The position numbers and the translations under genes were made by a program. A stretch of 63,874 nucleotides of DNA, counting the filler, from Octopus bimaculoides (Eukaryota): the NCBI RefSeq assembly GCF_001194135.2. It is 4 parts of 3 records of this genome, joined end to end, with 100 filler letters (N's around TTAATTAATTAA, not from the genome) between each part and the next. Parts side by side here need not be neighbours in the genome. Positions count along the whole stretch, not along the records: positions 26,994 to 38,436 come from NC_068991.1; positions 38,537 to 42,296 come from NW_026333608.1; positions 42,397 to 63,874 come from NC_068991.1; 1 more part is not named here. One strand, written 5' to 3'. Numbering within the stretch: the stretch's first letter is position 1; the number at the start of each line of letters is the position of its first letter. A model generated the notes under the pieces. That model had not been told where the DNA came from, ran no database searches, and worked only from the letters and a program-made list of their open reading frames with translations. Below, in pieces: positions 36,860-50,547 of the stretch.

Positions 36860-37150
36860 ATCTTCTTATACAACACTGCAAGACACAATCCTTTTATTAA
36901 AATCACTATAGCAAAGTAGAATTTGTGATCAAATTCCAGCCAAAGTTCTGAAAGAATGTCACAAAGAACCAGTTAATCTCTACCAGAGCCTCTTTCACTT
37001 TTGCTTTACTGGCATATTTCCAGACTAGTGTAAGATCACATATGTAAATAGAGGCTTGAGCCACCAGACTGCTGGATTTCTAACATCTCTCAGCATTGTC
37101 AGCAAAGTAATGGAATAAGTAATTTATTGATCCTCATACAACTACATAGC
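36860..37150 (+). mobile_element. Decayed CR1/L2-group LINE RT fragment
   Basis: DQIPAKVLKECHKEPVNLYQSLF...TGIFPD*CK...SLSIVSKVME resembles DGIPARVLKEC...TGxFPxxWK...SLLSIVSKVME. Confidence 0.65.
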
Positions 37151-37447
37151 TACTTTCTGAAAAATTTACTCATGTGTAGAAGGCAGTTTTTTTTTTGTTT
37201 TTTTTTTACACAGTCTACATAAAAATGGAAACTGATAAAGTAAATTTCGAGGTTAGTCCTGATCTGTCATTCATCTGGTAAAATCAGTCCTCTGTGGCTT
37301 AATACTTGGCTAGCTTCTCTTTTCAATTTTCATTGATGATTTGGTTTAACATATGTGAAAATGAACTGTACATCCATGCCAGTAATGCCATGCTTTTTCT
37401 ATCAGTATGACTGCCAGGTGAAATAGACTTTGTAGCTGACAGTTTAA

Positions 37448-37669
37448 CCCTTTTGATACCAAACCGCCTGAAACTGCCTCTGGCTCTGTAGTACAAATGT
37501 CTTGTTTTCATAAACCTTGAATTAAAATCTTCCACCAAACCTTAGTCACAATTTATGTTCCTAACACTAACTCAATGACAACCAAGTTATTTTACTAAAT
37601 TCTTTACTATATTTAAAATAAATTGAAAGAAACACAGAGCATCTCAACAGAAATATGGTAACAAAAGGG
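37448..37669. mobile_element. piggyBac-type MITE (family B, opposite orientation)
   Basis: TTAA-CCCTTTTG...CAAAAGGG-TTAA. Confidence 0.85.
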
Positions 37670-38118
37670 TTAAAGGAGACTTGACAGGCCATATCTATTA
37701 TACATTTATGTGTGTGTGTGTGTGTGTACATCTTCTCCCAGAATGATTTCAGTGTTTATTTTTATTTCTCATCACTCTCTCATCTTCTTCCACCTCTTTC
37801 TGTTATTGTAGCAGTCATTGGCTTCTCTGTTGCCTCAACAATGCTGAAACCTTTCCTTCTACCTCTTTCTGCCCATTTTTAACAGCTTTACTATTTCTTC
37901 TGTGGTTGCTTCCTTTTTTATCACCTGCTTTTATTGCTTTGCAGTCATTTTAACTTCTCCTTATTACCCTCACTCTCTCTCTGTCTATGTATGTATATAT
38001 GTATGTACGTATGTATGTATGTATGTATGTATGTATGTATGTATGTATGTATGTATGTATGTATGTATCTATCTATCTATCCATCTATCTATCTATCTAT
38101 CGATCTAAATATCTATCT

Positions 38119-38436
38119 TATGAAGCGGTAACGGGAGCGAAAATCAACAGGGATAAGTCAGTGGGCTTGCGGCTCGGCACCTGGAGAAGCAAGCCCATGC
38201 CGTCAAGTAGCGCCTCCGTCGTGGGACGTTGGACTGACGGTCCGGTTGAGTTGCTCGGGGTCTGGTTTGGTCCAGACCTCCAAACGGAGAAGAACTGGGA
38301 CGAGATAACGAGAAGGGTGGCCACTCTAGCCCGGCAATGGGCCGAGAGGAAGCTTTCCCTGAAAGGTCAGGCGGAGGTGGCGAACACGTACATCGCGTCC
38401 GTCATCTACTACCGCCTGACTGTCGTTCCTTGTCCC
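38119..38436 (+). mobile_element. Tx1/L1-clade LINE ORF2 fragment (post-RT region), 5'-truncated, cut by the scaffold end
   Basis: Uninterrupted GC-rich frame YEAVTGAKINRDKS...LLGVWFG...KNW...WAERKLSLKGQAEVANTYIASVIYYRLTVVPCP. Confidence 0.82.
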
Positions 38437-38536
38437 NNNNNNNNNNNNNNNNNNNNNNNNNNNNNNNNNNNNNNNNNNNNTTAATTAATTAANNNNNNNN
38501 NNNNNNNNNNNNNNNNNNNNNNNNNNNNNNNNNNNN
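38437..38536. other. Artificial scaffold-joining linker
   Basis: 44 N + TTAATTAATTAA + 44 N. Confidence 0.95.
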
Positions 38537-39005
38537 GGAAATAATTTAGTCTCAAATGCGGAATAATGCTGAATAGCATGTATAGCAATAGATTATCCTT
38601 ATATTGCAGAAAAGCTTGTGTGTGTGTATTTGTGTCTGTTTTTTCCTATCATCGCTTGACAACCGATGTTGGTGCGTTTACGTCCCCGTAACATAGCAGT
38701 TCGGCAAAGTGGCCCGACAAAATAAGTACTAGGCTTACAAAGAATAAGTCCTGAGGTCGATTTGTTCGACTAAAGGCGATGCTCCAGCATGGCAGCAGTT
38801 AGATGTCTGAAACAAAAAAGAAAGAAGAATACACGCGTGCGCGCACACACGCACACACAGAGACACACATACACACACAATTAAGCGACTGGCCAAAGAG
38901 TGCGTGTACGCAGATAGCATTCTCGTTTCAACGAGATCATCAGGTCCCCCACCACCACCTCGTTTCTCATTACTAACTATGCACCCCCTCTCTCTCTCTC
39001 TGTAT

Positions 39006-39060
<55 letters not shown>

Positions 39061-39599
39061 ATAACGGAATGTAGACGATTTACATAGATATATTTATTTG
39101 TTTACTATTAAATAACCAAAGACAAATAAATGTATAGGAAACCAATAAAGACAGAAAACCCATATCTATGTTACATTAATTGAATAAATTATTAAGTGAA
39201 AAATAAACTTTAATTCTCACATTCGTGAGAGTTTATTATTAATGGCACTACTGTTGGTTTGACCTTTGTTAGTGTGAGCCGAAGAGGATCGATATATATT
39301 CATCTGCCAATTGGAAAATGCGAGAGTTAAAAAAAACACAAAAGAAATAGTCCCAGAAGGGCAAAGCTTTGTTGATGGAACAAGGACTTGATATAGTGTC
39401 AGAATAATTAGAATTTTAATTGTGGGACTAGGGGATATGTATATAATTCTATTAAGGTGTTTCTGTAAATTAAAATACCGGTGAAGTGGATGCCTATCTA
39501 TTTTCTTCACCGTTTCTTGCATGTGAATGGAATTATAATAGATTTTAAATATTTGACCTTTCTCAGTGTGACCTGGAAAGGTTAAACAAATAGTAAATC

Positions 39600-40978
39600 A
39601 ATATATTTATCCGCCATGTCCTAAGACAACGAAAACAAAGCCTTGCCGACGAGTTAAAGATTTGAATTTTGAGAAATTTCAGATTTTAGATGCATACAGT
39701 GGAAAGAAATTTGTACGACTAGAATTTGGTTGAGGGGGTAGCGGTCACCCCTATGCTGGAAAAGTCAAGGGTTTTTATTGCGTCGGGGAAAGTTGGAACT
39801 ATGTTTTGTATGCGGTGATAGAAAATGTAAGGTAGGGTAGTTGTTTGATTTTTTAGCCCTGGGTGAGTCTTGATCGATCAGAATAACCATCGAAGGTATT
39901 TCTTGCAACCGTGACTATTCCATCGTTAAGAGAGTAGGAGGGTTATATTTTGTTAGTCGACGCTAAAAATTACGGTTACCAACGACTATATAAACTGCCG
40001 GGCAGAGTTTTGGCTGCTATTTTTAGCACGTAACATCGCTTTGGTTCCGGGAACTATAGTGAATGCAGTGCAAGAGAGAGGGTGACAGGGTTGAACGAAA
40101 AAGGATAGAGAGAATGTAGAATGAAAGAGGGAGGAAAGAAGGAGGGGGAGGAGGAAACTGAAAGAGGGGAAGCGAGAATGAGAGAGAAATGGGGGGGAGG
40201 ATCCGATTGAAAGAGGGAGGTGAGAGACGCGACGCGTGAATGAGAGAAAGGTAGGAGTGAAAAAATAGTCCTTGTAGTAGTTGATAATAGCACTACTGTT
40301 GTGGAAGGGAATGAATTAATTCTGATTGTGTTCCGAGGAAGCGCACAGTATAATATAATAAAATCATTCCAGACATGACAAACCCGTCTTTTTAAAAATT
40401 TTTAATGGGAGTTACAGTATTGGGCAATGAAGGAGGAAGGCGGAGGAAGTTTTGAGGAGGGGGAGTGATAAGGTCGACGCGGCGATAAGATGAAACGCTA
40501 CGAGACTAGTTGAGATCTCGTCCAGAACGAATGAGAACTAGATACACACCGAGAAAGAGAGAGTGTGAGGAAAGTGGGAGGAATGTAATTACATATAGAG
40601 AGTGAATGAGAGTAATCTATGCTTATATACAGAGTGAATTACCACGAGACCGTGAGAGAGTAAAGGAGAGAGAAATAGATAGATAAAGGGGAGGTGATAT
40701 AGGAAACAAGAGGGTTACATGTAGATAGGCAGTAAGTGATATAGAGAGGGACGGTGGACGAGATGTAGATAGCTTTAGAGAGAGAAGGAGAAATAGATAG
40801 ACATATAGCGATAGAGAGGGGGATATTTGTAGATAATGCGATACAAAGGGAGTGAGTGAAGGAGAGGAAGAGAAGCGAGAGTCAGAGAAAGTATCGTGCA
40901 TGGAGTCGTGTTTACAGAATTGGTTGAAGAACAGTTGAAGGTCCGATTCGATCTGTCGGTCAGGCTTTTTTTGATTTT
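39600..40978 (+). promoter_or_regulatory. Probable KDM5 promoter/5' UTR: locally CpG-rich and repeat-free, with a TATA-like element and a long GA-rich tract
   Basis: TATATAAA at 39987-39994 and purine-skewed sequence at ~40050-40900, directly upstream of the first coding exon. TSS is not determinable. Confidence 0.45.
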
Positions 40979-41173
40979 ATGTCAAACAATTTGGATGGCA
41001 ATTGTTGCGGAGACATGGCTCTAATAGATAATCCATACATTAACTTCGTATCGCCTCCGGATGCTCCAGTATTTAGTCCGACAGACGATGAGTTCGCCGA
41101 CCCTCTCGCCTACATTGCAAAGATCAAACCTATCGCTGAGAAGACCGGAATATGTAAAATAAAGCCACCCCCG
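40979..41173 (+). CDS. KDM5: KDM5/JARID1 (lid) histone H3K4 demethylase, first coding exon (JmjN domain)
   Basis: [43 protein letters not shown] is the KDM5-type JmjN. The phase-0 donor gttagt falls at the position where DWQPPF normally follows. The start may be the ATG at 40979 or the second Met (MALIDNPY). Confidence 0.93.
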
Positions 41174-41734
41174 GTTAGTTTGTTGTTATTTTCATTGCAT
41201 TTTTTGAATCGAGGGGGCTCCATTCTCCATGTTTTATCCAAATATTTTTTCACTTTCTTCAATTTTTCACGTTTTTAAACCATGAAATTGTAGCGGTCGT
41301 CGACTTTTATCGCATGTCTCGCCCCATTAATGTCTCGCCTCGACGTGTCCCACTTTCCCCCATCTTCCTTTAGTCTCGCCATCGCTTATCTCGTCTCCTT
41401 TTCACTACACACGATCGTATCATACACACTCACAAACACACACACACACACACTTTATATACATACATACACACACACACATATATATATACACGCGCAC
41501 ACGTAGATCTCTGTCTTGTCCCAACTCATTCTGTCCCATTTATCTTGTAAGACATCTCTCTCCATATATATATATATATATGTATATATATCTATGTAAT
41601 ATATAACACGGCGATGGTGGTGAGGTATGATTCCCCCCCCCCCGTCTACTATGAGTAGAACTCAATACATGTGTCTAAATGTGTTTACAGATATTTTGGA
41701 GGAATAATCAGCCTTTACACCGACTCCTCTCTCA

Positions 41735-41766
<32 letters not shown>

Positions 41767-41806
41767 GTTGTTTCTATATATATACATACACACACACCTA
41801 TATAAC

Positions 41807-41858
<52 letters not shown>

Positions 41859-42296
41859 ATAAGCTGTGTTCCAGGTGAAACCCAGTTTTACAATGTGATT
41901 GACACCACTGCTTTGGTATTGAGTTCTTTCATCAAAGACATTTGAAAATTTCCTCCAAAACAACACCAAAATCTATATCCATGTCTATCTTTCTATATTC
42001 GTAGGTATATATATATATATATATATATAGTGTATATATATATATATATATATATAGTGTATATAAAATACACTTTATATGTATATATCTAAATATATAT
42101 ACACACACACGAACATAATATACAACCAAACGTGTATATGTTTCTGATATACATGTATATATATATATATACACCACCCTATACACCCAGCTCCCAATAA
42201 ACAATGTCGTTTCCTCACTGTTGTGTGTGTATATATATTTATATACACATATATATACATATACATATACATACTTATATATATATATATATATAT

Positions 42297-42396
42297 NNNN
42301 NNNNNNNNNNNNNNNNNNNNNNNNNNNNNNNNNNNNNNNNTTAATTAATTAANNNNNNNNNNNNNNNNNNNNNNNNNNNNNNNNNNNNNNNNNNNN
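42297..42396. other. Artificial scaffold-joining linker
   Basis: 44 N + TTAATTAATTAA + 44 N. Confidence 0.95.
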
Positions 42397-42597
42397 TATA
42401 TATATATATATATATATGCTTATGTATGCTTATGTATGCGTGTAGTTATGTTCATATGCATATGCATCTGTGTGTACGTAGGTGTGAGACTTAATAAAAC
42501 GAAACTAGTGTAGAAGTGTATCTAACTTAGACCTTCAAGCTCTAAATCCGGTGTCACAATATATATTTACATATTGTTTTGTTTTCTTTCTACACAG

Positions 42598-42700
42598 GAA
42601 ACTGTGCTGTAGTTTGGAGATGTTGAGAAATGGGTGTTAGAGGGGTGAAAGTGGCAATGGTGTTTCTCCCGATTCGGTCGGTCTGGGCATGTATGGAGAG
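42598..42700 (+). other. Candidate orphan internal exon (103 nt), stops in all three frames
   Basis: Strong acceptor ttgttttgttttctttctacacag and donor GAG|gtatgt. Confidence 0.45.
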
Positions 42701-42873
42701 GTATGTTCTGTAGTCAATTGATAGATAACAGCTGTTTGAAGTTATAGATATATAGAAACAAAACAAAGAAAAATAATTTTTAATACCTTCGCTATTAAGA
42801 ACTTATCGATAGGGATGGGTCTGAGAAATAAGCAGAGAAACAAATAACAGATAACTCCATACACGCGCGCGCG

Positions 42874-42914
<41 letters not shown>

Positions 42915-42956
42915 GTATACAGTCATATATGTATTTACAAAGACATGCATAGATGC

Positions 42957-43018
<62 letters not shown>

Positions 43019-43900
43019 ATATGTATATATATATATATATATATGTATCTATATATGTGTGTATATATATGTATGTATATGTATATATATATACATATAT
43101 ATGAATATATACATATATATATGTATCTATATGTGTGTATATATATATATGTGTGTGTGTGTGTATATATATGCATATATATGTGTATATATATACAAAC
43201 TCATATATACATATATATATATATATATATACATATAAATTTACATACACTTACACATACATGCCTATATACGTAGATATATGAATATACATCTTTACAT
43301 ACGCACACTCATTTATATCTGTGTTTGTTTCTTGGTGTATGTATGCGTGTGTGTGTGTGTGTACGCGTGCGTACGTGCGTGCGTGTGCGTGCGTGTGCGC
43401 ACGCGCGCGCGCGTGTGTGTGTGAGTATGTGTCAGGTATGGGAAATAAAAAAAATAATATATATACAGACCGGAAGGCAATGGACATGTAGATAAAACTA
43501 ACACTCTACAACACCAATCAATATATCTGGTGGTCTATCAAATATCCCCTAGCGGACATTTTTCGGTTTAAGGGGAAATAAGTCATATGTTTGTCATAAA
43601 TATAACACTTGATCAGAAATTAGCCGCAATCTTTAAGATCTCAGTAACTCCACCAGCATGAATAGCGTCTAGCACCACTACCATCGCTATCACCGCTAAC
43701 CATCTAGGCAGAAATCTCTCTATCCTTCACGCTTTCCTTATATGTAACATATGCATGCATATACGTACGCATGCGTACAGATATACAGAGAGTTTAAGGC
43801 TTAGGCATACGCGTACATCTGGCTATATGTTTGCTTGTATATGCGTGTGCGTGTGATTGAGTGTATTGTGCATATATATATCTATATATATATATATATT

Positions 43901-43988
<88 letters not shown>

Positions 43989-44114
43989 TGTATATATGTG
44001 CGAGTATGTGTGTGAGTGTGTGTGTGTATGCGTGTGTGTGTGTGCGTACATATATATGTATGTATGTACAAGAACACAAACACACATATACACACGTTTT
44101 TTACATAAATGTAA

Positions 44115-44162
<48 letters not shown>

Positions 44163-45834
44163 ACAGAAAGACAGACAGATAGATAAACAGACAGACAAAC
44201 AGACAGATTTAGATATATATGTAAAAGAAACGCGTATGCATAAATATGCATTTGTCTAGGTGCACAAAGCTTTGTGTATGACACGCAAATATTGAAAGGT
44301 TTCGCAAGAAACGTGCTCTGAAAAAGCCCAAAGGGTCACTTCGAACACCTCTGCTTCTCTATATCTGGCCCTCCGGCTAGACATATTAGATGGTCCTTAA
44401 CAACCTCCTTAACAGTTCGGTGTATCGAATTTTTATTCTCGTTCAGCAGTGTCGTCGCGGAAGTTCATGGGGATATTTGTAAATTTATCTTCCAACGTCT
44501 CGCTTTGGTGATTTTGAAAATGGTTTGAAAGTGTGTTTGTGCCAATATTTTTGGATGCCGGCAAGTATCAGAATTCATAGAGTTGATGTCTAAACTTTCT
44601 TACAGCTTTACTTTTATTTGTGTTTTTATTTATTTATTTTCAAGCAGCTTTACTTATAATTTCCTTTGTTGCTGTTGTTGATTATGTAGTTGCTGTTCGC
44701 AGGTGAATGACGTCGTTTTGGAGCTCGTCAGTTATTACTGATTTTGCTTGTTTGATAGTACTTTTGGTTTTTGTTGTACTGTTTTGTCATTAAACTAACC
44801 AGCATTCTCTGAATCTAGTTGGCTTTGTGAAATTTTTGCTCCTCGGCTGGAATTTCGAAAATATAGCGAACTTACGAGTGTAAAAATTTGAAAAATAACG
44901 GCTTTTCAAATTTAAAAACCAGCAATACGGGTTCACAAATCTCGAGAACAGTTAGCTTTCCAACAGCCAAAACAACACAATTTTTCCACTACAACCTGTT
45001 AACACTACAACATGAATAACAATAGCAATTTCAACAGTAACAAGAACAGCAACGCTAGCGAATATAACACAGATGAAAAGACATGTGAAAGCACCACTAC
45101 CACCACTACTCTCACCACCACCAGTAGTACCGACCAAAATAAAGCAACACTATCAACAACAATGAGCATGAGAAACATAAAAGAGGAAATTCAAACTGTC
45201 GATTGAACACACCTGTAAATTCCACCTCCACCGCAACTACACCAAAATATAACGAAACAATTACACCGAGACCAGCAATTATAGTGTCGGCGGGTCTTCG
45301 GCAACGTACGCCAGGTAGAAGTATTATAATTATCACCTCAAGATTTTAAAAAAGACAAAAGCATCTTAACAAGTTCTGCGTGGAAAGTGAGATTAAATAT
45401 ACCACAATTCATCGCACGAGAAACGAATCTCATAACTGTAGTTTATAAATCCATAGGAATAAATGGATGGAAAATAGAGTAGACTGCACGTCAGGTAATG
45501 TAAATGTGCCTCAGACCAACCGAACATTGCAAGGGGAAAATATAGCTCAGCAGAAGTGATATCCCTAACAGAGAAATGAGATGAGGAAACACTTCAATTC
45601 ACAGTGACTTACTGGCTCTCATTCCAATCAAATTGTGAGCGTATGAAATTAAGAGTAAAAAGTCGATGTGTTACCCCAAAAGTAAACATCTACTGGTTGG
45701 AAGCAGCAGTCCTCTTCCAGTTAGAGGACAAAATTAATATCGTACGGCTCTTGAGGCGTTAGAAAAAATTGATCGGGTCATGGAATGGAAAGATGGATCC
45801 CAATAAATGAAAGAAGTATAGAATTCATCCCGCA

Positions 45835-45965
45835 CCTGATTAATTTGCCAGACGACACAAAACTGTATATCGCCTGTATATCATCTCAAGGTTTTCTGTC
45901 CATAGCAAAGAAGGTGAGACGGACGACAACGAATTGTGAAATCTTTCGAATCGATTTACTGAAAC
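45835..45965 (+). mobile_element. Possible ancient CR1-type RT remnant
   Basis: LPDDTKLY resembles FADDTKLY, followed later by CEIFRIDL; otherwise degenerate. Confidence 0.3.
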
Positions 45966-46019
45966 ACCTGTATATTTTATAAAAATCAAACACGAATTAT
46001 GTTTCCTGTATTTCGTATT

Positions 46020-46111
<92 letters not shown>

Positions 46112-46393
46112 TACATATGTATGTATACATGTATAATATTTGTAACTCGTGAATTTATTTTGTACGGTATTTGACACGCCTTTCTTCGTTCTTGCACTCC
46201 GAATTCATGCTAGAGATCATTATTTTACACATACAGACAGAAACGCGCACAGGTGCACACACATACACAAGCACACACACACACACACATACACACACCA
46301 CTACACCACACCACACCACACCACACCACACACACACACACGCACACACACTCTCAAATAAAGAGAGAGTAAAATAGATAATGAGTAACAAAG

Positions 46394-46431
<38 letters not shown>

Positions 46432-49400
46432 TTGAAGAGAGAGAGAGAGTGAAAGAAAGAAAGCTAAGAAGACGATCGAATTTCGTATGTCCTAAGCGAT
46501 GAAATTTACATGTTGTTGAGAATATTGTTTGGCACACACATGAACACATACATACACACATACACACAGGTGAGTGCGAAATCAGATGAAATGTGAAGTT
46601 GCATGTGTGCGTGTGCGCGCGCGTGTGAATGAGTGAGAGGCAGAGAGAGGCAGACAGTCAGACAGCATGAGAGGGAGAGAATGAATATAATGTATGTTTG
46701 AAATAGAATAAAATATAGCAAGAAGTCTAATAGAACAGGCAAAGGAGAAGGATTGGGTGGTGAACTGCTCGTAAATTATGCATACAGACATAAAGTTTTC
46801 GTTTTTTTATATCCTGTAGATAAATGTTATTTACATTTAAGCGTTGCTTGAAAGTAACATTTAGAGCAAAATGTTTTCAAATTTAAGACATAAAATATTA
46901 GGCAAAAAAAATAATAAATAATAAAGCGAGCAAATGTAACGATATCTTTTGACTGCGAGCAAGGTCAATTATACTAGGACGGGGGTATACTTAATTATTG
47001 GGATCTTCATAAATGGGTCATTGGCTCCCGGCAAACGGAATCTTGTTGTGCCATTATATATCATTTACTTCTTCAAACTGCAATTATATTCAATAGCTTA
47101 AACAGAGCTTGGTTACCTTGAGTTGAACTAAGAGATCTTGACACACTACATGAAAATAAATCCAATCATCCATTTATCGTCAATTACCTCGGAACCAGTC
47201 GTATATCGGTGAATAATGCCTTAATCTGTTTCACTCTTTTATCTATTCACGTGAAACGAAAGCAGCTGTTTCACAACGCAAAAGCGCAGTCGATCTACTA
47301 CCTATTCATCCAGTTAGCTAACAAACCATTGACCACTGCGTTCATCCATCCATTCATCACCATCTGTGTGTATGTGTGTGTGTCTATCCTCTTATCTTTC
47401 GATCCAGTCAGCCAATAGGACGCTTTACCATATCGCTGAACAACCATTTATAAAACTATCTCAAATTCATATATACCACACAGTTCAACAGTTCATTCAT
47501 GCATTTATTCAACCATCTCTGTTGCTGGTATATTCCCTACTAAGTTGATCATCCATCCATCCATAAATCCGATTATATATCCATATTTTCGCGAAGTACT
47601 GAAGACAACTAGCCATCCATTGAGCCAACCTCAGAATCTTCAATCTCCATCGTACACCAATCACTCATTCATTCATTCATTTGTTCATTCATTCATTCAA
47701 ACATATTCGCCAAACCAAACAATCGTGGCTGTACAACAGAAGACAAGTAATTGTTGATTTGCATAATGCTTCCCCCTTCTTTCTTACTCATTCTTAACCT
47801 GGTCAAATGTTTGTGCGTTTCCTTTTTTCTATCATTATTATTCGTCTCTTGTTACCTTTATTTCTGAAAGTCCGTGGGCATCGCTCTTTATCTCGGTATG
47901 TGTACGTACCTCGCTCTCCCTCCTTCTCTTTCACCCTCTTTTTCTCCTTTCATTCTCCCTCTCTTTCTCCTCCTCTCTCTTTCTCGCCCCCCTCCCCTTT
48001 CTCTCCCTTTCTCCCTCTCCCTCCCCTCTCTCTCTCTCTCTCTGTATGTTTGACTCTCTCTTTATTTCTACGTGTGTATGCCTCTCTCTTTCTCTTTAAG
48101 TATTTCTTCTATTTCAGTTGTCTACTTCTCATTAAAATTTTCTCTCCAACAGCAGGGAGATACATACACTCTGGTGCGCTGACCAAAACGAATTACAGTA
48201 CATAAATTCACTCGTCTACATACTGTGACGTTACGTGATCTTGTGGTTGCCTGAGTCCATCCATTAGGTCACCGGTTCCATTCCTTATCCGGTTGGCACC
48301 TAGTATCCTTGAGCAAGAACCATTTCTTGTTATTCCAGTCCATTCTGCTGAAAAGGACTCTTATCAGTTGTACCGTGGCACCTCACACACTATTAACATA
48401 TTAGCAGAAAAACTTCCATACGCAAAATACTTAAATCCTTTGATGGCTTTGGGGCACTGAATGACGATCTACGCAGTGTTGCGCTCACAACCTACCAGGG
48501 TCAGCGTTGATATTCGTCACTCCAAAATCAACGAAATCAATTGCAACAGTCTACATTAGAATCATTCAACCGAACATATTCTGCCCTAACAAAAGTAGTT
48601 TTGTATGTCGGTGTTGGTGGTGGTGGTGTTGTCGCTGTTGCTGTTGTTGTTGCTTGTGTTGTTGTCGCTGTTGCCGTTGTCACGGCTGCTATCACGCTGT
48701 TCTTGTTCGCCTTGCTTAGTTGTAATTGCAGATGTTTTTGTTCTCTTCACAACCATGTGATCTGAGTTCGATCCCACAGCATGGCCCCGTGGTCAAATAT
48801 CATTTTCTATAGCCTTGAGGTAACCCTCGTCTTGTGAATGAAATTGAGTTGATAGAAACAGCATGAAAGCTGTCAGGTAGATCTACATGCAATTCAAAAG
48901 TCACAATCTTGGGACACACTGTGCTACATCGATTCTGCTTCGGAATTACTTTCAGGGTACACATGTCTGTGGAATACTCAGTCACTTGCACACATTAATT
49001 CAAGAGAAGGTAATTCAGTTGATCGATCCATCGAAACCTCGTTGTCGGTGATCTGTTGTTGTTTCTGTGTGAGAACTTCTGAGTATTTACAGATGCTAAT
49101 ATTCTTATTTTCTGGAACATGCCACCTTCCACCTTTAGTGGCAGTATTACTAATTGCAGATCCTGATTGTCTAAAACTAGCGACTCAATTCGCGCGCGCG
49201 CGCAAGCACACACACGCACACATGCACACACATACACGCACGCACACACACACCCACATAACACACACACAACACACACTCATGTATGCACACGCAAGCT
49301 TACACATGCGTACACACTATCATGCATGGAGATATTTGACCGAGTTCACGATCAAATTTCTTTACTTTTGATTCACAACAATTTTTTATTCATCACGACC

Positions 49401-49484
49401 GAGTGAGAATGAAATCGAGATCATGTGGTTGCAAGGCGAACTTCTTAACCACACAACTATGCCTACCCCTTTCCTAAAGTTCCC

Positions 49485-49534
<50 letters not shown>

Positions 49535-49769
49535 CAACAGCAGCAGCAGCAGATGACTCAGAAATGCCACCCTTATGGATGCCTTGCAGTTATTCTGTTG
49601 ATAGAGTTTGGTAATCCTGACCGTTCGTCTTCAAGGATTTCTCCGCTCAGCATCAATTTAAGAAGCACTGCTGGCTCAGTTGAACTCTTCCGCTACCTCT
49701 TCACACTTCGCCAAGCTGCAGTTCCATGACTTCGCCGTATCCGTGTTAGCGTGGCGAACCGGTGTTGCA

Positions 49770-49960
49770 CCGTCTAAAAGGACAACCCGTAAATATGAAA
49801 GGTATTGTCGTAACTCCGTGAAGTATTTTCGAGACACCCACTTTTTTAATGCTACTAAAATGGCCACTGCTTCTCAGAAATGGCTGGGTACTCCCGACAG
49901 ATATGCTTCTGTTCCTCTCTTCACCTTGGATTGTTCGCTCTGCCTCCAGAGCATATACTA
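49770..49960 (-). mobile_element. Possible decayed Gypsy LTR-retrotransposon RNase H remnant
   Basis: RTIQGEER...SV followed by EAVAILVALKKW resembles SRTLQGSExKYSSVEKEAxAIxxAxxKW; needs a frameshift. Confidence 0.35.
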
Positions 49961-50547
49961 ACGACTGTTCCCAGTTCTTCTTTCTAATAATCACCCTCTT
50001 TGTTACTCGGTCCTAGCTCACGTCTTTCCTGCAGGAGTCAACTTACAGTAGTTTAAGAGGAAATTTAGCAGGATCATACACACTGGTCGATGTGGGAACA
50101 GATGTTTGTAAGAGTCAAGAACACTGACCCTTCCTTCAGACCCAATAATTATTAAAAACAACATTAACAACACTGCTATTGTTATAATACCTTAATGATT
50201 AGGATATTCGGTTCACGACCGTAAGGTCATGAGTTCAATTCCTGGCAGTGTGTTGTGTCTTTGAGCAAGACACTTTATTTCATGTTGCTCCTTTCCACTC
50301 AGCTGGCAAAAATGAATAGTACCAGTATTTTAAAGGGCCAGCCTTGTCACATTCTGTGTCACGTTGAATCTCCCCGAGAACTACTTTAATGGTACACGTG
50401 TCCTTGGAGTGCTCGGCTACTTGCGCGTTAATTTCACGAGCAAGCTATTCTTTTGATCGGATCAACTGGAACCCTCGTCGTTATAACCGACGGAGTGCCA
50501 GTAGTATAGAACACTTTGTATTATATAGTTACATGTTTTAACGTTGA

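Noticed and set aside
47290-47720. Quasi-periodic CATC/CATT/CAACCA region
   Set aside because: A decayed tetranucleotide microsatellite with no higher-order regularity that I could support.
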